A DNA stretch of 64,000 nucleotides, from positions 320,001 through 384,000 of the forward strand of contig CP000071.1 in the NCBI GenBank assembly GCA_000002445.1, written 5' to 3'. Of this stretch, positions 42,701 to 53,425 are shown one piece after another (position 1 is the stretch's first letter; the number at the start of each line of letters is the position of its first letter). Source of the stretch: Trypanosoma brucei (lineage: Eukaryota). The notes beneath the pieces were generated by a model that saw nothing but the letters and a program-made list of their open reading frames with translations, ran no database searches and was not told the origin of the DNA. The translations under genes were made by a program, and so were the position numbers.

Positions 42701-44082
42701 TCCAGAGCCGAAAACTTCGTCACGCGACCCACAGCCTCAATTTCAGCCACCGTAGCGCCGTTCCGTGGAACCCCACCATGCACCACAATCACATCCTCAT
42801 CCACAAGAGTAGCCCACGCCATGACGTCGTAACTCGCCGAGAACAAGTCAAGGAGTTGTTTAGCCTCCCAGTAGGTGTACTTGCTAAACACTTCCGCTTG
42901 AAAACCATACTCAGCATTCACACGAGAGTCTTCGTGGTTGCCACGATTGATGAACACATAATCGGGAAAGAGACACTGTAAAAGTAAAACGTGCAGAAGC
43001 ACACCCACACCGTTGGAACCGCGGTCAACATAATCACCGTTGAAGACATAATACCTCCTAGGTGAAGGAAGGCCGCAGAGACGGTTTAGCACTAACGCAA
43101 GGTCCTTCAACTGTCCATGCAAATCTCCCACAACAACGGCGTCACCACCATCAGGAATATTCACGCGCAGCACAGCCGAGCGCTTGGACATAATGGCAAT
43201 GGCATTGGTCAATATTCGCACGGCTATCTTAAAGCACACAACTCCTCCTGAAAGGATCGACTCGCTGATGTCAACGTATTCTTCCATAGTTATGGAGTAA
43301 TCCGCCGGTTCGGCCGTGTTGGGAGAGGATGGCCGTTGCCTGGGGGAGTGAGACCGTGACCTTGTGGAGATGCAGCCACCGAGTTCGGGTGGTCCTCGGG
43401 AAACGCGGCGGAACTCAATGCCATTCCACACCTGCTTAAACGCTGTGTCCAGCATTCGCTCGTAGATGGAAGCACTGCGCCACATCCTTTGAAGGCGTGT
43501 CAGGGGGTTCCTATTTCGCTCAGGAAAATCCAACTTGATCCGCGAGAATTTTGAAAACGGTGCCAGAGGGGGCTCATCCCACAGTTTCTCATGATGTGAG
43601 GTTGCCGCACCCTCAGTTGAAGCATGTTTGTTGCCTTTACCAATGTTAGGGCTCGAACGAGCCCTGCTACTAATTTCATTGTTCATTCTGACCTTACTTG
43701 GGCAACACTCAATCAGGCGGGCGGGCACTCTCTCGCCGCAATACACGCACTGGTGCAACAGGCACTTCTGCTTATGTTGCCGATAGTCTGACTCCTTTAT
43801 GCGCAAACGACAGTTTGGGCACTGTACCAACTGAACATCAGTGGCGCATTTGAGTAAATGTGCCCCACGTTGGGACTGTGGGACAAAAGCCCGACACCAG
43901 TCGTTCTTGCAAGTTACAAAATTATCCTCTCCACCCCTGTACGCCTGGATTAAACCCAAAAGGTAAGAAAAGGGATCTGTCGGCCGGACTCGCGCAACTT
44001 CTTCAGTCCACTCCTCCATGAGCCAATTGAAACGAAAGCGGGCGAGATATTCTTCACCAGAGCCACTGAATTCATGGCTCAT
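39790..44082 (-). CDS. Large (about 1430 aa) PPP-family Ser/Thr protein phosphatase with an N-terminal Cys/His-rich zinc-finger-like module and a long C-terminal extension ending in three tandem SEQQSPL repeats.
   Basis: PPP catalytic motifs GDLHGQ, GDYVDRG, GNHE, HGG (VIVVHGGVP), WNDP, RSSVRG and SASNY. N-terminal C/H cluster (CKNDWC...KCATDVQLVQCPNCRL...HKQKCLLHQCVYCGE...CCP). A possible EF-like loop (IFDKDACGHAAV). The track start at 44163 is GTG; the first ATG is at 44082..44080 (verified). Confidence 0.7.
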   Translation of the reverse strand: MSHEFSGSGEEYLARFRFNWLMEEWTEEVARVRPTDPFSYLLGLIQAYRGGEDNFVTCKNDWCRAFVPQSQRGAHLLKCATDVQLVQCPNCRLRIKESDYRQHKQKCLLHQCVYCGERVPARLIECCPSKVRMNNEISSRARSSPNIGKGNKHASTEGAATSHHEKLWDEPPLAPFSKFSRIKLDFPERNRNPLTRLQRMWRSASIYERMLDTAFKQVWNGIEFRRVSRGPPELGGCISTRSRSHSPRQRPSSPNTAEPADYSITMEEYVDISESILSGGVVCFKIAVRILTNAIAIMSKRSAVLRVNIPDGGDAVVVGDLHGQLKDLALVLNRLCGLPSPRRYYVFNGDYVDRGSNGVGVLLHVLLLQCLFPDYVFINRGNHEDSRVNAEYGFQAEVFSKYTYWEAKQLLDLFSASYDVMAWATLVDEDVIVVHGGVPRNGATVAEIEAVGRVTKFSALEPRTDGERLASELLWNDPVDTYLSRRIGVRHQGANWRSSVRGVGVEYLEPITENFLRLNKLKLVVRSHQMVQAGFQFVHGRSNCTVFSASNYTGVSNNRGAIAVLEKGSVQPTFHTWFLRDAETVVRDVVMSDLLEGLTDFSRGVDAEESPVGQDGNGSGDTKAMGGVSSVKDGESPSHHESPRAKTVDSSRKAGPVHSPIELVRCVDDTRERMLARARMLDVLVGIIYSSRYSLLSSFVRADSGKNGTIHKVEWCDIMRKVLNMDIPWYFLAPYLVGSSYEEGSPYIRYVTFLRRFNPCFTSLFSARFQTALLRHVFRDVDMPGDLLSCITTDHFAEEQPITDDNGKFIGSGVTLSPSGLMLNLAERTGDGCRGIPNTMGGSSVLPSGGCCGGGNQRDDSWRKIRLSFNSLVSALRSISRAGGMMEDNTIFTLFQIFDKDACGHAAVGDIVDVVDSVGVEDSDESVVLDLTGSFDIDFFPQRGSDEKPAAGTTVLCDEPSGVSADAVIPMPSPVSKAGEYCDDWTPANSASSTALASYTPAHVEMAVDSDEESSTHSSSVLWSRQSVSATMSDLDCMRVYPVLLHLHERFACDTIRSTLQHFKALNNTHDGKLTFDQFAVTFNHIGRCMLDPPTRQEQQIIFCLIRDVGQHLLGSAECCSLSESLGVLSRALSRASSLRCQVALLKSVVNNIGVKNAQADYLTRDQFVTFFSTVSISHGEHSCHYDDHVAESGCKEWTTNFGESGSCNSGDTSKVGALKLCPLWCLDQCVPSEDTAAVATAVGSADAETRAERPSAVPPVQADGREDAFARREGRRRRRLPRTMLPRCAKQERLPISCVARSPHAAPSRFNSEQQSPLLRYRSEQQSPLPRIGSEQQSPLHRRALRSCRGHLNRDRARQRTGFSSPLSSDHTSGSVREGSPSPIPPQAPYGEMVPTSESLAANATGRSTCRDNFSLSSTLLGGDGDHSG
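40064..40162 (-). repeat. Three imperfect tandem 33-bp repeats (ggtgactgctgttcagaac...) inside the phosphatase CDS, encoding SEQQSPL(L/P)R(Y/I)(R/G) x3 near the C-terminus.
   Basis: Read from the DNA and from the translation FNSEQQSPLLRYRSEQQSPLPRIGSEQQSPLHRR. Confidence 0.8.
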
Positions 44083-45166
44083 CGCCCTCACCTCAGCAAT
44101 GTTTCGCTTCACCGCTGCTGTTAAATCGCTTCCTCTTTCCCTTTCAAAGTATCGCAACAACACCTCCGATACAAATTAGGAGGGACTGAGGTTCCCAGCA
44201 CGGTCAATTTACTTAAATCTTCCTTAATGCAAGTGTAAAAGGCGCCAATTTCACCTCTCTTAGGTCACTCGCGAAAAAATGGAGGAGAAACGTGCACACC
44301 ACCCTCCAGCTCCTTTTTGTTTCTACTCAACTAGCAGTTCCTTCACCGCCCTTAGCAACTTCCAATTGTCTCCAAAAGGCAGCACTAAAAGATGCCCTCC
44401 AGTGGTATCAATATTCTGTGTGCCGACGTCTCGTAACGTGAAGAGATATGTTTCCGTTTAGTCACCTTCACTTCAGTGCTTCACAAATGCCCTTTCTCCC
44501 CCTGCCCCACGGATCATACAAGACAAGAAAAGATAAAAAGAAGGCGCCACACTCACCAAGGGCGATGTCGAAGGTATCCCTTCAGATGTCCCTTATTTAT
44601 TTGTTAAAATTGCGCCCAGAAAGACGCGACGACAATGATGACAGCGGAATACTCAACCAAACGGAAAGATATGAGCCGTTTAACCTACAAGGACAGTCGA
44701 AAGAAATCACCACACCGCTACGAGTACTTTTAGAAAATTGTTGAGGCAAACAGGTGGGGGAAAATGAACAAGGAAACAAGTATGAAAAGATAAAAAGTAC
44801 ACGTAACGACACACAAGGAATGCGACAGCCACGCGGCGGTTATAAAAGGGAGCGAAACAACAAGAAATTCAGAGAGGCAAATAGTAGCACGGAAGCGATT
44901 CAACGAAAACGTGAAAAACAGAAAGGTAACAAGTGATGGGTGATAAACAAAAACGGAAGGTGATCCACAGTACACATGGATAAAATAGTGAGAAGCGAGA
45001 CAAACCAAGCACCGAAAAGGAATGCAACCGTTACTCGCGCATTTAAGTGACCTCACGAACTGTCAATACATTATGTACAGTTCTTCAAGGGGATACGAGG
45101 CGTCATCACCAATAATATATATATGTGTGTGTGTTTTTTTGGCACAAGAAATGCGAATATGTAGCT

Positions 45167-46222
45167 TTAGTGCCCACCACAGTGTCCGCAACACGGGCAG
45201 AAGTTAAGCACCTGATTCTCCCTCGATGTTGCCTCATCCCACTTAACATCCTCACCACTAATGAATCCCTTTAGTGGCACTAGCTCCAATCCCAGCCCAA
45301 TCCCCAGAGATGACGAAATGATCTGCACATCCTCCATCGGTTTCCCCTTCTGGTGATGATCTCCTACAAAAACAACTGGTGGCGCCGTCAACTGGGGGCC
45401 GGAGCCGCTTCCCACAGACGAGGTATCGCTGAGGCGCCTTAGCGTAGACACAAGCTCGGCAGCAGTTGAACCGACAAAGTGCACATCAACAGCGCACGAG
45501 GAGCCACTCTTCACAAAGTCACGTGCACAGAGAGTGAGATGTTCAGCTAAAAAGTCCAAACCCTCCTGCACGATGGGGTTCTTTTTCTCGCAGCCAACGA
45601 TACAATCATACGGCAACCGCACTACCACATGTTTTATTCGGTTAAACACCCCACGAAGCGAGGCATAGGCGGCCAGCCACGCCACCTCAACAGCAATCTT
45701 GGTGGCTGCTTCCTCCAGCAGAATGTACGAGACGTCTAACACAACCACCTCCCCAAAATTCACGTCCTTCGAGAGTCGGAACTGAATTAGTTCGGGTGGG
45801 AAGTAATGTGTAACAACAACTGGTGTCTGAGATGAGGTACGCGATGTTAGTTGAGTATATCCTGTCGAGCCCAGGTTTTGATCCGACTGCCTACCAGCGC
45901 TGAAACTGGAAGAAAAGAAGGTGGTGGTTACGTTTGCCTTCGGAGGAAAGATACACAAATCGTCATATACTATGTCGTACATGTTCCAGATCTCCCTCCA
46001 CACGGCACTGCACAACTGCGCGTTCACCTCCGCATTATTGTCAACATCAGGAACCTGAACACCCACATGGAAGTGAGAGAAAATCATAGGTTGGGTTTTA
46101 CCGCTCAGTGTGAAGTCCACCGCGGGTGGACGTGTGTTTGTAAGGCGAAAGCCCCGCAGATGAACCAGTAGCGCCTGCGAATTCTCTGGCGAGGCGCCAT
46201 TGCCGCGAACGCGAAGAAACAT
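45167..46222 (-). CDS. Conserved hypothetical protein (351 aa), no recognisable domain; C-terminus CPCCGHCGGH.
   Basis: ORF with an ATG start (MFLRVRG...), co-oriented with and evenly spaced from its neighbours. Confidence 0.5.
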   Translation of the reverse strand: MFLRVRGNGASPENSQALLVHLRGFRLTNTRPPAVDFTLSGKTQPMIFSHFHVGVQVPDVDNNAEVNAQLCSAVWREIWNMYDIVYDDLCIFPPKANVTTTFFSSSFSAGRQSDQNLGSTGYTQLTSRTSSQTPVVVTHYFPPELIQFRLSKDVNFGEVVVLDVSYILLEEAATKIAVEVAWLAAYASLRGVFNRIKHVVVRLPYDCIVGCEKKNPIVQEGLDFLAEHLTLCARDFVKSGSSCAVDVHFVGSTAAELVSTLRRLSDTSSVGSGSGPQLTAPPVVFVGDHHQKGKPMEDVQIISSSLGIGLGLELVPLKGFISGEDVKWDEATSRENQVLNFCPCCGHCGGH

Positions 46223-47459
46223 TAATGCCCCTGTTCGTTGTCAACCTCTCTTTTTTTTTTTTCGCCCTCAGGTCTTTCTTGGTTTGTACAAATGTTCACC
46301 TTTCCATCCCCAATGAGCAAAAAAAAAAAAGGAAAAATAAAAGGAAAAAGAGTAAACAAAAGAAAAGGTAAGAGGTGTTAACTACAACACCGATAGGAAG
46401 CGTCACAACGGAGCAACGCTCAGAGAGAGAGAGAGAATCGAGCAATGAAGACAGCGGGTAACAACAGAAAAACGCAGAACAGTCCCTTATCATGAACTGA
46501 AAAAAGCAGAATGGAAAGAAATGAACGAATAGGGGAAACAAACGGAATATAGAACATAACCCATACCTTCCTCCCTTCCACTTTTGGAAACAACTATCGC
46601 ACCACACTTCAACCCCGTGTCCCCCTTCTCTAACATTTCTTATTGATACTACCGCTCCTTTTTCCTGTAATTTACTCCCTTCCAATCTAATTTAACTTTA
46701 GTACCCTTCTCTCCACTCCTCATGTCTTATCACTCATCCACCAACGCCAGGAATTTGGTAGGGAGGGGGGATCAAAAAAAAAAAAATGTTATTTCCCCCT
46801 TTTTTAAAGAAAATTAAAAAAAAGGGGGCGAAAACCTTCCCCACATACGTCCACGTCCCATCCCGGTTCCCAATTCTAAAACCTTCCACTCCAAAGCAAA
46901 TATATGCACTGTTTACCCGAGAGAAAATGCTCGGGACGGTGAAGATGTTTTACCTCCTTTGTTGTGTCGCGTGAGTGACAGGATGGCGGGAGTACATGCC
47001 CGTCTTTGCATGAGTGGAGTATGAACCGCTAACACTTAAACACACACACACACACAATTCGGTAATCACCAAAATATAAAAAATAAAAAAACAAGAAAGG
47101 ATCTAGAAAGAGAAGTGTATAAAAAAAAAAAAGCATGCCCGTAAATGCACCCCCGTGACGAAGGACCATCCCCACAGACACATCTGTCACTGCCGGACAA
47201 TCCGCGCCGTCACGCCACCGAGTTGAAAGCAACGATAAACAGTTAAAATGGAAGAAGGGCGGGGTGTAAAAGAAGGCACACAAAATGTACGCTCCCTCCA
47301 ATCTAAGTTTGAAAAAAGGGGGGGAAGGAGGGAGGGAGCGGTGAAAAAAAATAATAATGTGTGGTCATCTCATCTCTAAGTGCCGTGTCCCCAAGAAAAT
47401 GTAGCATGTAGACAAAACAGTAGCTGCCGTTCGATAATCTGAAATGCCGGCGAGAAGGT

Positions 47460-48488
47460 TCAGATGTTCGTGGAGTCTCGAAGCAACTCATGCTTCCTCC
47501 CCGCCACCCTTTTGGTATCTGCGTACGAAAACGCCCTCTGAGAGGCTGCGCCCCGGATTTTGACAATGTTCTCTGAGTCCCCACTTACTAAGGACTGTGA
47601 TGTCGCCCGCGATACGGGAGCGGAATGGAAATGTTGTGACACACCCTGTCCTGTGGATCCGCTGCCATTGGTGCTACGGCGGCGGTTGGCCACAGTGTTT
47701 CTACCGGTCTCTAATTCATTGGAAAAGCGATTCCCCCCTGTGGAGTTGTTGTTCTTAAAACACGAACGGATCTGCCGCGTCGGGAGACACGATGACTTGT
47801 TAATGGCGATAAACTGTTGCTCCTTCCGGTTTGCTTCCAACGGTTCGAAAGCCTGTGTGTGGACCGCCGCTACGGTTGGGCGTTGCGAAGGGGGTTGTGG
47901 CGTCCCCCGACGGCTCCTTAGGAGACCCTGCGATTCCTGTTGTAAATCCTCCCGGCGCGCAATCCGTTCCTGCTCCAACTTCTTCGTCATCTCTGCCAGC
48001 TCCGTTTCTAGCGTTTCTACCTCCTTCCGGCGCTCCTTTCTCGCCTGCTTCAGAGTAGTGTTATGAGTTGAAACGGAAGCAATGAGTTGCCGCTCACGGT
48101 CTGCCCACGTAGTGTTCTCTTCTTCTAACACAGCCTCAAAGTCCGTCCGGTCTTGTAGTCGTTTATCTCCCTCTTTGATGAAAGTTACCGTGTCGCTCAT
48201 TTTCACGTACCGTTTAACAGCCTCGTCGTGTTCTTTCTTTAGCCACTCTCTGCGCGACCGAACTTCTTCAAACTCTCGTACAGACCTATTGATTTTTGCC
48301 TCCTGCTCCTCCACGATACCGAGCAGTTCCGCCCTTTCCTTTTCCACTCTCTTGAGGTCATCATCGATTGTTTTCCTAAGTTCAATTCGGTGCTTCCTGG
48401 CGGTTTCAAGGTCGCGCTTGATCAACTCTCTCGTCTCCTCCAACTTGCCAGCGCAACTCGAAAAGGACCGCGTAAGAACCGAGGACAT
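47460..48488 (-). CDS. Coiled-coil protein (N-terminal ~200 aa highly charged heptad-rich region, C-terminal Ser/Thr/Asn-rich tail).
   Basis: Trimmed from the TTG track start to the ATG at 48488..48486 (verified). Sequence such as RELIKRDLETARKHRIELRKTIDDDLKRVEKERAELLGIVEEQEAKI is typical of a coiled coil. Confidence 0.5.
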   Translation of the reverse strand: MSSVLTRSFSSCAGKLEETRELIKRDLETARKHRIELRKTIDDDLKRVEKERAELLGIVEEQEAKINRSVREFEEVRSRREWLKKEHDEAVKRYVKMSDTVTFIKEGDKRLQDRTDFEAVLEEENTTWADRERQLIASVSTHNTTLKQARKERRKEVETLETELAEMTKKLEQERIARREDLQQESQGLLRSRRGTPQPPSQRPTVAAVHTQAFEPLEANRKEQQFIAINKSSCLPTRQIRSCFKNNNSTGGNRFSNELETGRNTVANRRRSTNGSGSTGQGVSQHFHSAPVSRATSQSLVSGDSENIVKIRGAASQRAFSYADTKRVAGRKHELLRDSTNI

Positions 48489-49464
48489 AATATAGAAGTA
48501 AAACACGTAGGTCACCAACGTAACGAAGGAACAGTGCCCGGCCCTGCTCCTGTGGCACCCCGTATATTTAAGCGAAAAAAATCTTGCTCTTCCACCTGCT
48601 TACTTTGTCAGTGGAAACGCTACAACCTAATTTAAGAAGAAGGAGTTGTTGTTGGGACGAATAAAAGTAGCAGGTTTAGAGAAAATTGGTAGCATACGCA
48701 CTGTCTCTAACCATATCTCTCTTAATGGTCTGAAGCGACCGTGTATACACCGCCGAACCGCTGACCCCTACACACGTGCGCCAATGTTGTCCTCACATGC
48801 TTTCATGCATGAAGGTCGCGGCGATGGTGAGGGAAGGAAAAGAAAGGAAAGGATTGAGTTAAAAGATGTGTCCCGCAACCGTCTAAATGCCACAAGAAAA
48901 CCCCACGGCGGAAAATGTAGGAAAAGGCAACCCTTCCTTTCAGTGCGGGTCAACGGCACATGAGAAGTCGACAAAAGTGATACAAAGAATGGTGTTTCCC
49001 AAGAATGCAAAGGCACAACAAAAGTATTTTTAATACTAGCAAGGAACAAGGGTAACAGTAAAGGAACATGTCGCAGGTTCACAGGGTCCATGATCACTAA
49101 AGTCCACAATCAACAACAGAACGAGAGTTGTAGGAAAACAAAAATTGGTCAAAAGTTTTACTCACATTATCATTATAGCATGCAGAGTCCCCAAAGGGTA
49201 AAGGAAACAGAAAAACTATATGAACCAATACTCACCCCGCACCTACCCACTGCATAACACTTACATCAAATACCAAAGTGCTCACACATTTACGTAAGTG
49301 CAAATTCCCTTCTTTCATGCCTCCGTGCAACCGAAAAAAAAAACCTCCATCACACGCAGGTTTCGTTTGCAACCACGTATATGAATTATCAACCCCCCCC
49401 TCCCCTCCGCATCCCTACACTCCCTCCTCACTCTCTTCTCTTCTCTTCTCAAACATTTCCTACA

Positions 49465-52400
49465 TCATCTAATACGTTCCTCGCACCAAGCGCTCATACG
49501 TCTCCATCCTCGCTCCCGAGGATGACTATGCCTCGACCACCAAAACTGGCTAACGCCCCGCATTGTTACATGTTCTCTCACCCTCTGCCATTGTGCCCTC
49601 GCCACCAGGCGCTGTCCAAAACGCATATAACTTCCCACATTATTCGAAGCAGAAGAATGATGCTCAACATCCTCAGCTAACTTCACGGCAATGCGACGCG
49701 CCCCCGGTTCCATGTCCTCCAGTTCAGCACCCTTTTCAAATGAGGGTTCCGACACCGGAATCAGGCGGGAAACAGAAACAAATACAAGTGTCAGCGATGC
49801 AATCAGAATCGATGCAATCCACTGTTCTGCTCTCAACGGTACACACGACATAAACTCTTTTAAGACCTCCACGGCCAAAACCTGAAAACCCACACAACAA
49901 ACCACGATAACCAAAAATGACTTTGAACGAATAAAAAGCCCTTCAAATACATTAACTTCATCATACACTTTGCGGGCATTAAACATATTAAATATGGTAA
50001 AGAAAATAAAAACGTTAAAAACAACAGTTGGAAGTTCCTTCCCCTTCGCCTTTAACCACTTACCACCATATTGGGTTAATAAAAGAACGCTAACAACCTG
50101 AACTACAGTAGCAGTCAGTATTGTCAACCACATTCGACGTGAGACAAGGGGAGCTCGGGGGGAAGACGGACCACGATTTAAGCAATCCTCTGTCGGTTGC
50201 TCCGTTGCGAGAGCGAGGGCCGCAAGTGTGTCCATAAGAAGATTTACCCATAACAGCTGTACAGTCGTTAACGGTGACATATCATGAGCAGACAAAAAAG
50301 AACCAACAAAAACAACAACAATAGAAGCAATATTAATAGAAAGTTGTAACTGCAGGAACTTGCGGATGTTGTCATTCACAGTCCGTCCCCAAACAACGGC
50401 ACGCTGGACAGAACGGAAGTTGTCGTCTAAAAGCACAATATCACCGGACTTCACCGCTATATCCGTGCCACTGCGCATCACAAAACCCACATTTGCAAGA
50501 CGCAGCGCAGGGGCGTCATTTGTCCCATCACCAGTCACAGCAACGACCTCACCACGGAGCATCAGCATCAGTACGAGCAGTTGCTTGTCCAGAGGCTGCG
50601 AACGCCCCATCACCATCATCCGGTCAAGAACAGGCCAGAACTTCTCCATGTTCGCCTCGTCACCATAAGTGTCATACACAAGGTTGCGGAAGTCCTTCCC
50701 AGTGAGCGCAAGATCACCACGCAGTCGATTGTAAATTCCACATTGCCGAGAAATTGCAACGGCTGTGTCGAGATTGTCACCCGTACACATCCTCACTGTC
50801 ACTCCCGCACGCTGGCACATTCGCACAGCATCCACAACCTCTGGACGAAGCGGGTCCTGGATGCCTAATAGTGCAAGCCACACAAATGGTCCCTCGGGTT
50901 CCTCCTCGGGAACCGCACCGTCCGTACCGATACGCCCGTATGCCACGCCGATTGTGCGATTTGCGTCCCCCGCTATTGACCGTATCTGCGCAGTGATCAT
51001 CTCAGTTACCTCCTCCGTCAGCGGCTCCTCACGACCCTCTGACGACAAGTATCGGTTGCACATGCCAAGCACACGATCAGAGCCCCCTTTCACGTACTGC
51101 ATCACAACTCCATCCGCACCTGCAACCACAGCAGTCATAAACTTCCGTTCGCTCGTAAAAGGAAAGATGGCAAAGCCACGGCTGCGGTTTGTCATGCGTA
51201 ACTTCTGGTGTGGAAGCTCCTTGTCATTACAACTACCCGGTACCGATATCAACACGCGATCCACAAAATCCAATATCGCTTGGTCAGTTTTGTTGCCCTT
51301 GTCGGTACGCCACGTCCATCGAGACAGTAAGTCAGACTCAGCTCCCACATTACCTGGTAAAAGCTCCTTCTCACTCGAACTATTCAGTGCAAGACCAAGC
51401 ATTAGTAACGACTGTGCATCACTAGACACACCCTCCAGATTAACCGTGGACGAGGGATCTCCGGGATTCGAGACACGGAACCGCCGCATCCCAATGTAAC
51501 CTTGTACCACAGTCATACGATTCTGAGTCAGCGTCCCAGTTTTATCACTACAAATCTGTGTTGCATTGCCCATTGTCTCACAAGCACACAAACGCCTCAC
51601 CTGATTATTGTCCTTCTGCATCTGGCTCTGTGAGTACGCAAGAGCAATCGTCACCGCCAACGGCAAGCCCTCTGGCACTGCGACGACAACAATCGTCACA
51701 CAAAGTAAAAAAATATCAAGAAACTTTTTTGCGCGTAACTCTTCTTTACCACGAAGAACGAGAAGGATGTAAAACAAAGAAAGCAGAGACATAAGTATCA
51801 CTGCCGCTCCAATTCCTATCCGACCAATAAACCCAGCTAATTCGTCCAATCGCTCCTGCAAGGGAGTCGCCCTCGGTTCACCGTCGAGACGAGATTCCAT
51901 TAGCAGCTTTCCACCAAAAGAAGACTCACCGACGGCGCACGCAAGAATGTAAGCATCCTCAGCCGTACTCACAACAGTCCCAGAAAGTAAGATTGGATGT
52001 TCGGCGCCTTTCTTTTTCAGATCATTCTCGCCAGTCACACTCGACTCATCAACAACAACACTCAAACCACGTACGTATAAACCATCTACAGGGATAACAA
52101 GACCCGGTGACAAGGACACAAGATCACCCACAACAATTTCTGTCACATCCACCGTAACCTTGTGACCATCACGAATGACGGAGATTGGCTGAGCAGAGTT
52201 CTCCTCCACAAGAGCACGGAATTTCAACTCCTTGCGGTAATCCTGAATAGACGATGCTGAGGTTACTGCAATCACGGCCATAAGAATGGCGGTGCCCTCT
52301 ATCCAACCTGTCTTATAGTCAACCTTCTCGTGTCCGGGTTCCGGCACAGTTAACCCGAGGATAAGCGACACACATGCGGCAAGGGTCAAAAGTATGATCA

Positions 52401-52773
52401 TGCGGTCACTCCATGCAGCTTTAAAAATCTTCCAGAATGTCAGCGGAGCCTCCTCAGGAAGCTCATTCCTCCCATACACAGCACGCCGATTCTCTACAGA
52501 AAAAGAGTCGATGCCATCTGTTATACTCGTGCCAAGTCGTTCGGCAATACCCTCAACGCCGCCAAGTTCCTCGTATAGGGGCTTAGCGTCACCGACGCAA
52601 CTGAACAAGGTGTGAAGCTCTCCCTTAATCCCTATGCCGATACGATCTTCGAGCTCCACCTCCACTGCAACGGACCCATCACTTCTGGTAAGGCCAGTGG
52701 ATAAAAACGCTTGCCTCTCTCGACCGCGGCCGGCAAGTGTACCGTAGTTCGAAGTGTCTTTTGGGGAAATCAT
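49465..52773 (-). CDS. PMCA/vacuolar-type Ca2+-transporting P-type ATPase, array copy A (1102 aa), with a C-terminal ~270 aa divergent from copies B and C.
   Basis: P-type ATPase motifs CSDKTGTLTQN (phosphorylation site), MCTGDN, GDGTNDAPAL and PEGLPLAVTIALAYS. The track start at 52776 is GTG; the ATG is at 52773..52771 (verified). The length of 1102 aa matches my recollection of one of the two T. brucei PMC proteins (TbPMC2), which is unconfirmed. Confidence 0.85.
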   Translation of the reverse strand: MISPKDTSNYGTLAGRGRERQAFLSTGLTRSDGSVAVEVELEDRIGIGIKGELHTLFSCVGDAKPLYEELGGVEGIAERLGTSITDGIDSFSVENRRAVYGRNELPEEAPLTFWKIFKAAWSDRMIILLTLAACVSLILGLTVPEPGHEKVDYKTGWIEGTAILMAVIAVTSASSIQDYRKELKFRALVEENSAQPISVIRDGHKVTVDVTEIVVGDLVSLSPGLVIPVDGLYVRGLSVVVDESSVTGENDLKKKGAEHPILLSGTVVSTAEDAYILACAVGESSFGGKLLMESRLDGEPRATPLQERLDELAGFIGRIGIGAAVILMSLLSLFYILLVLRGKEELRAKKFLDIFLLCVTIVVVAVPEGLPLAVTIALAYSQSQMQKDNNQVRRLCACETMGNATQICSDKTGTLTQNRMTVVQGYIGMRRFRVSNPGDPSSTVNLEGVSSDAQSLLMLGLALNSSSEKELLPGNVGAESDLLSRWTWRTDKGNKTDQAILDFVDRVLISVPGSCNDKELPHQKLRMTNRSRGFAIFPFTSERKFMTAVVAGADGVVMQYVKGGSDRVLGMCNRYLSSEGREEPLTEEVTEMITAQIRSIAGDANRTIGVAYGRIGTDGAVPEEEPEGPFVWLALLGIQDPLRPEVVDAVRMCQRAGVTVRMCTGDNLDTAVAISRQCGIYNRLRGDLALTGKDFRNLVYDTYGDEANMEKFWPVLDRMMVMGRSQPLDKQLLVLMLMLRGEVVAVTGDGTNDAPALRLANVGFVMRSGTDIAVKSGDIVLLDDNFRSVQRAVVWGRTVNDNIRKFLQLQLSINIASIVVVFVGSFLSAHDMSPLTTVQLLWVNLLMDTLAALALATEQPTEDCLNRGPSSPRAPLVSRRMWLTILTATVVQVVSVLLLTQYGGKWLKAKGKELPTVVFNVFIFFTIFNMFNARKVYDEVNVFEGLFIRSKSFLVIVVCCVGFQVLAVEVLKEFMSCVPLRAEQWIASILIASLTLVFVSVSRLIPVSEPSFEKGAELEDMEPGARRIAVKLAEDVEHHSSASNNVGSYMRFGQRLVARAQWQRVREHVTMRGVSQFWWSRHSHPRERGWRRMSAWCEERIR

Positions 52774-53425
52774 CACTCCCTCAAAACTTTCCCTCCCACT
52801 CGGTCACACTTCGCGCAACCAAACGTTACTTTATCCTGTACTCGCTTTGGGCCACTCAACAACAATCCAGAAATATCACCTACCTGTATCGCAAATGACA
52901 CCTAACGTTATTCTCATTATTTTTCAAAATTGCATTTGATATAATTGTTACAAGTCAATGAAGGGAAAGAAAGAGACAGGGAAAGGGAGTGACAGAAGTG
53001 TTCCTAAGTGGTTAATTGAACATGACTTTTGAGTCACGTAAGGAAAGAAAGGTGAACACAAAAGCATCCACTGGTCTTCCCCCTCCCTTTCTACACCTAA
53101 TATTCCCTAATCGGCCTCTTCCGTTAATATTACCTGCGCGTCACCGAAAGTACAGAAGGGTGAAGTGGGGCCCCTTGCACAGACGTATGCGAACTGCCGG
53201 TTCACAGGCACACCATGAAACCATTAACCTTATCCTGTTTCTTACTTCACACAACAATTTCTCTTACGCTTACTTTCAGTCCGGCTGCTTCATCCTCATG
53301 AAGAAGCAGTTATGCACTTCCGCATTACTTGGTAATATTTGGTTGTTGTTATTGCTCCCCTTCGCTTTCATTTATCACCAATGACCACAGGCTGTTCACT
53401 GTAGAGTTGCTTCTCAGGTACATAC

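Noticed and set aside
50765-51499. + strand ORF of 244 aa, present in three identical copies (also 56894..57628 and 63028..63762).
   Set aside because: It lies antisense inside the Ca2+-ATPase CDS. It recurs three times only because the ATPase genes are tandem repeats. Composition is Ser/Pro/Thr-biased and there are no domain motifs.
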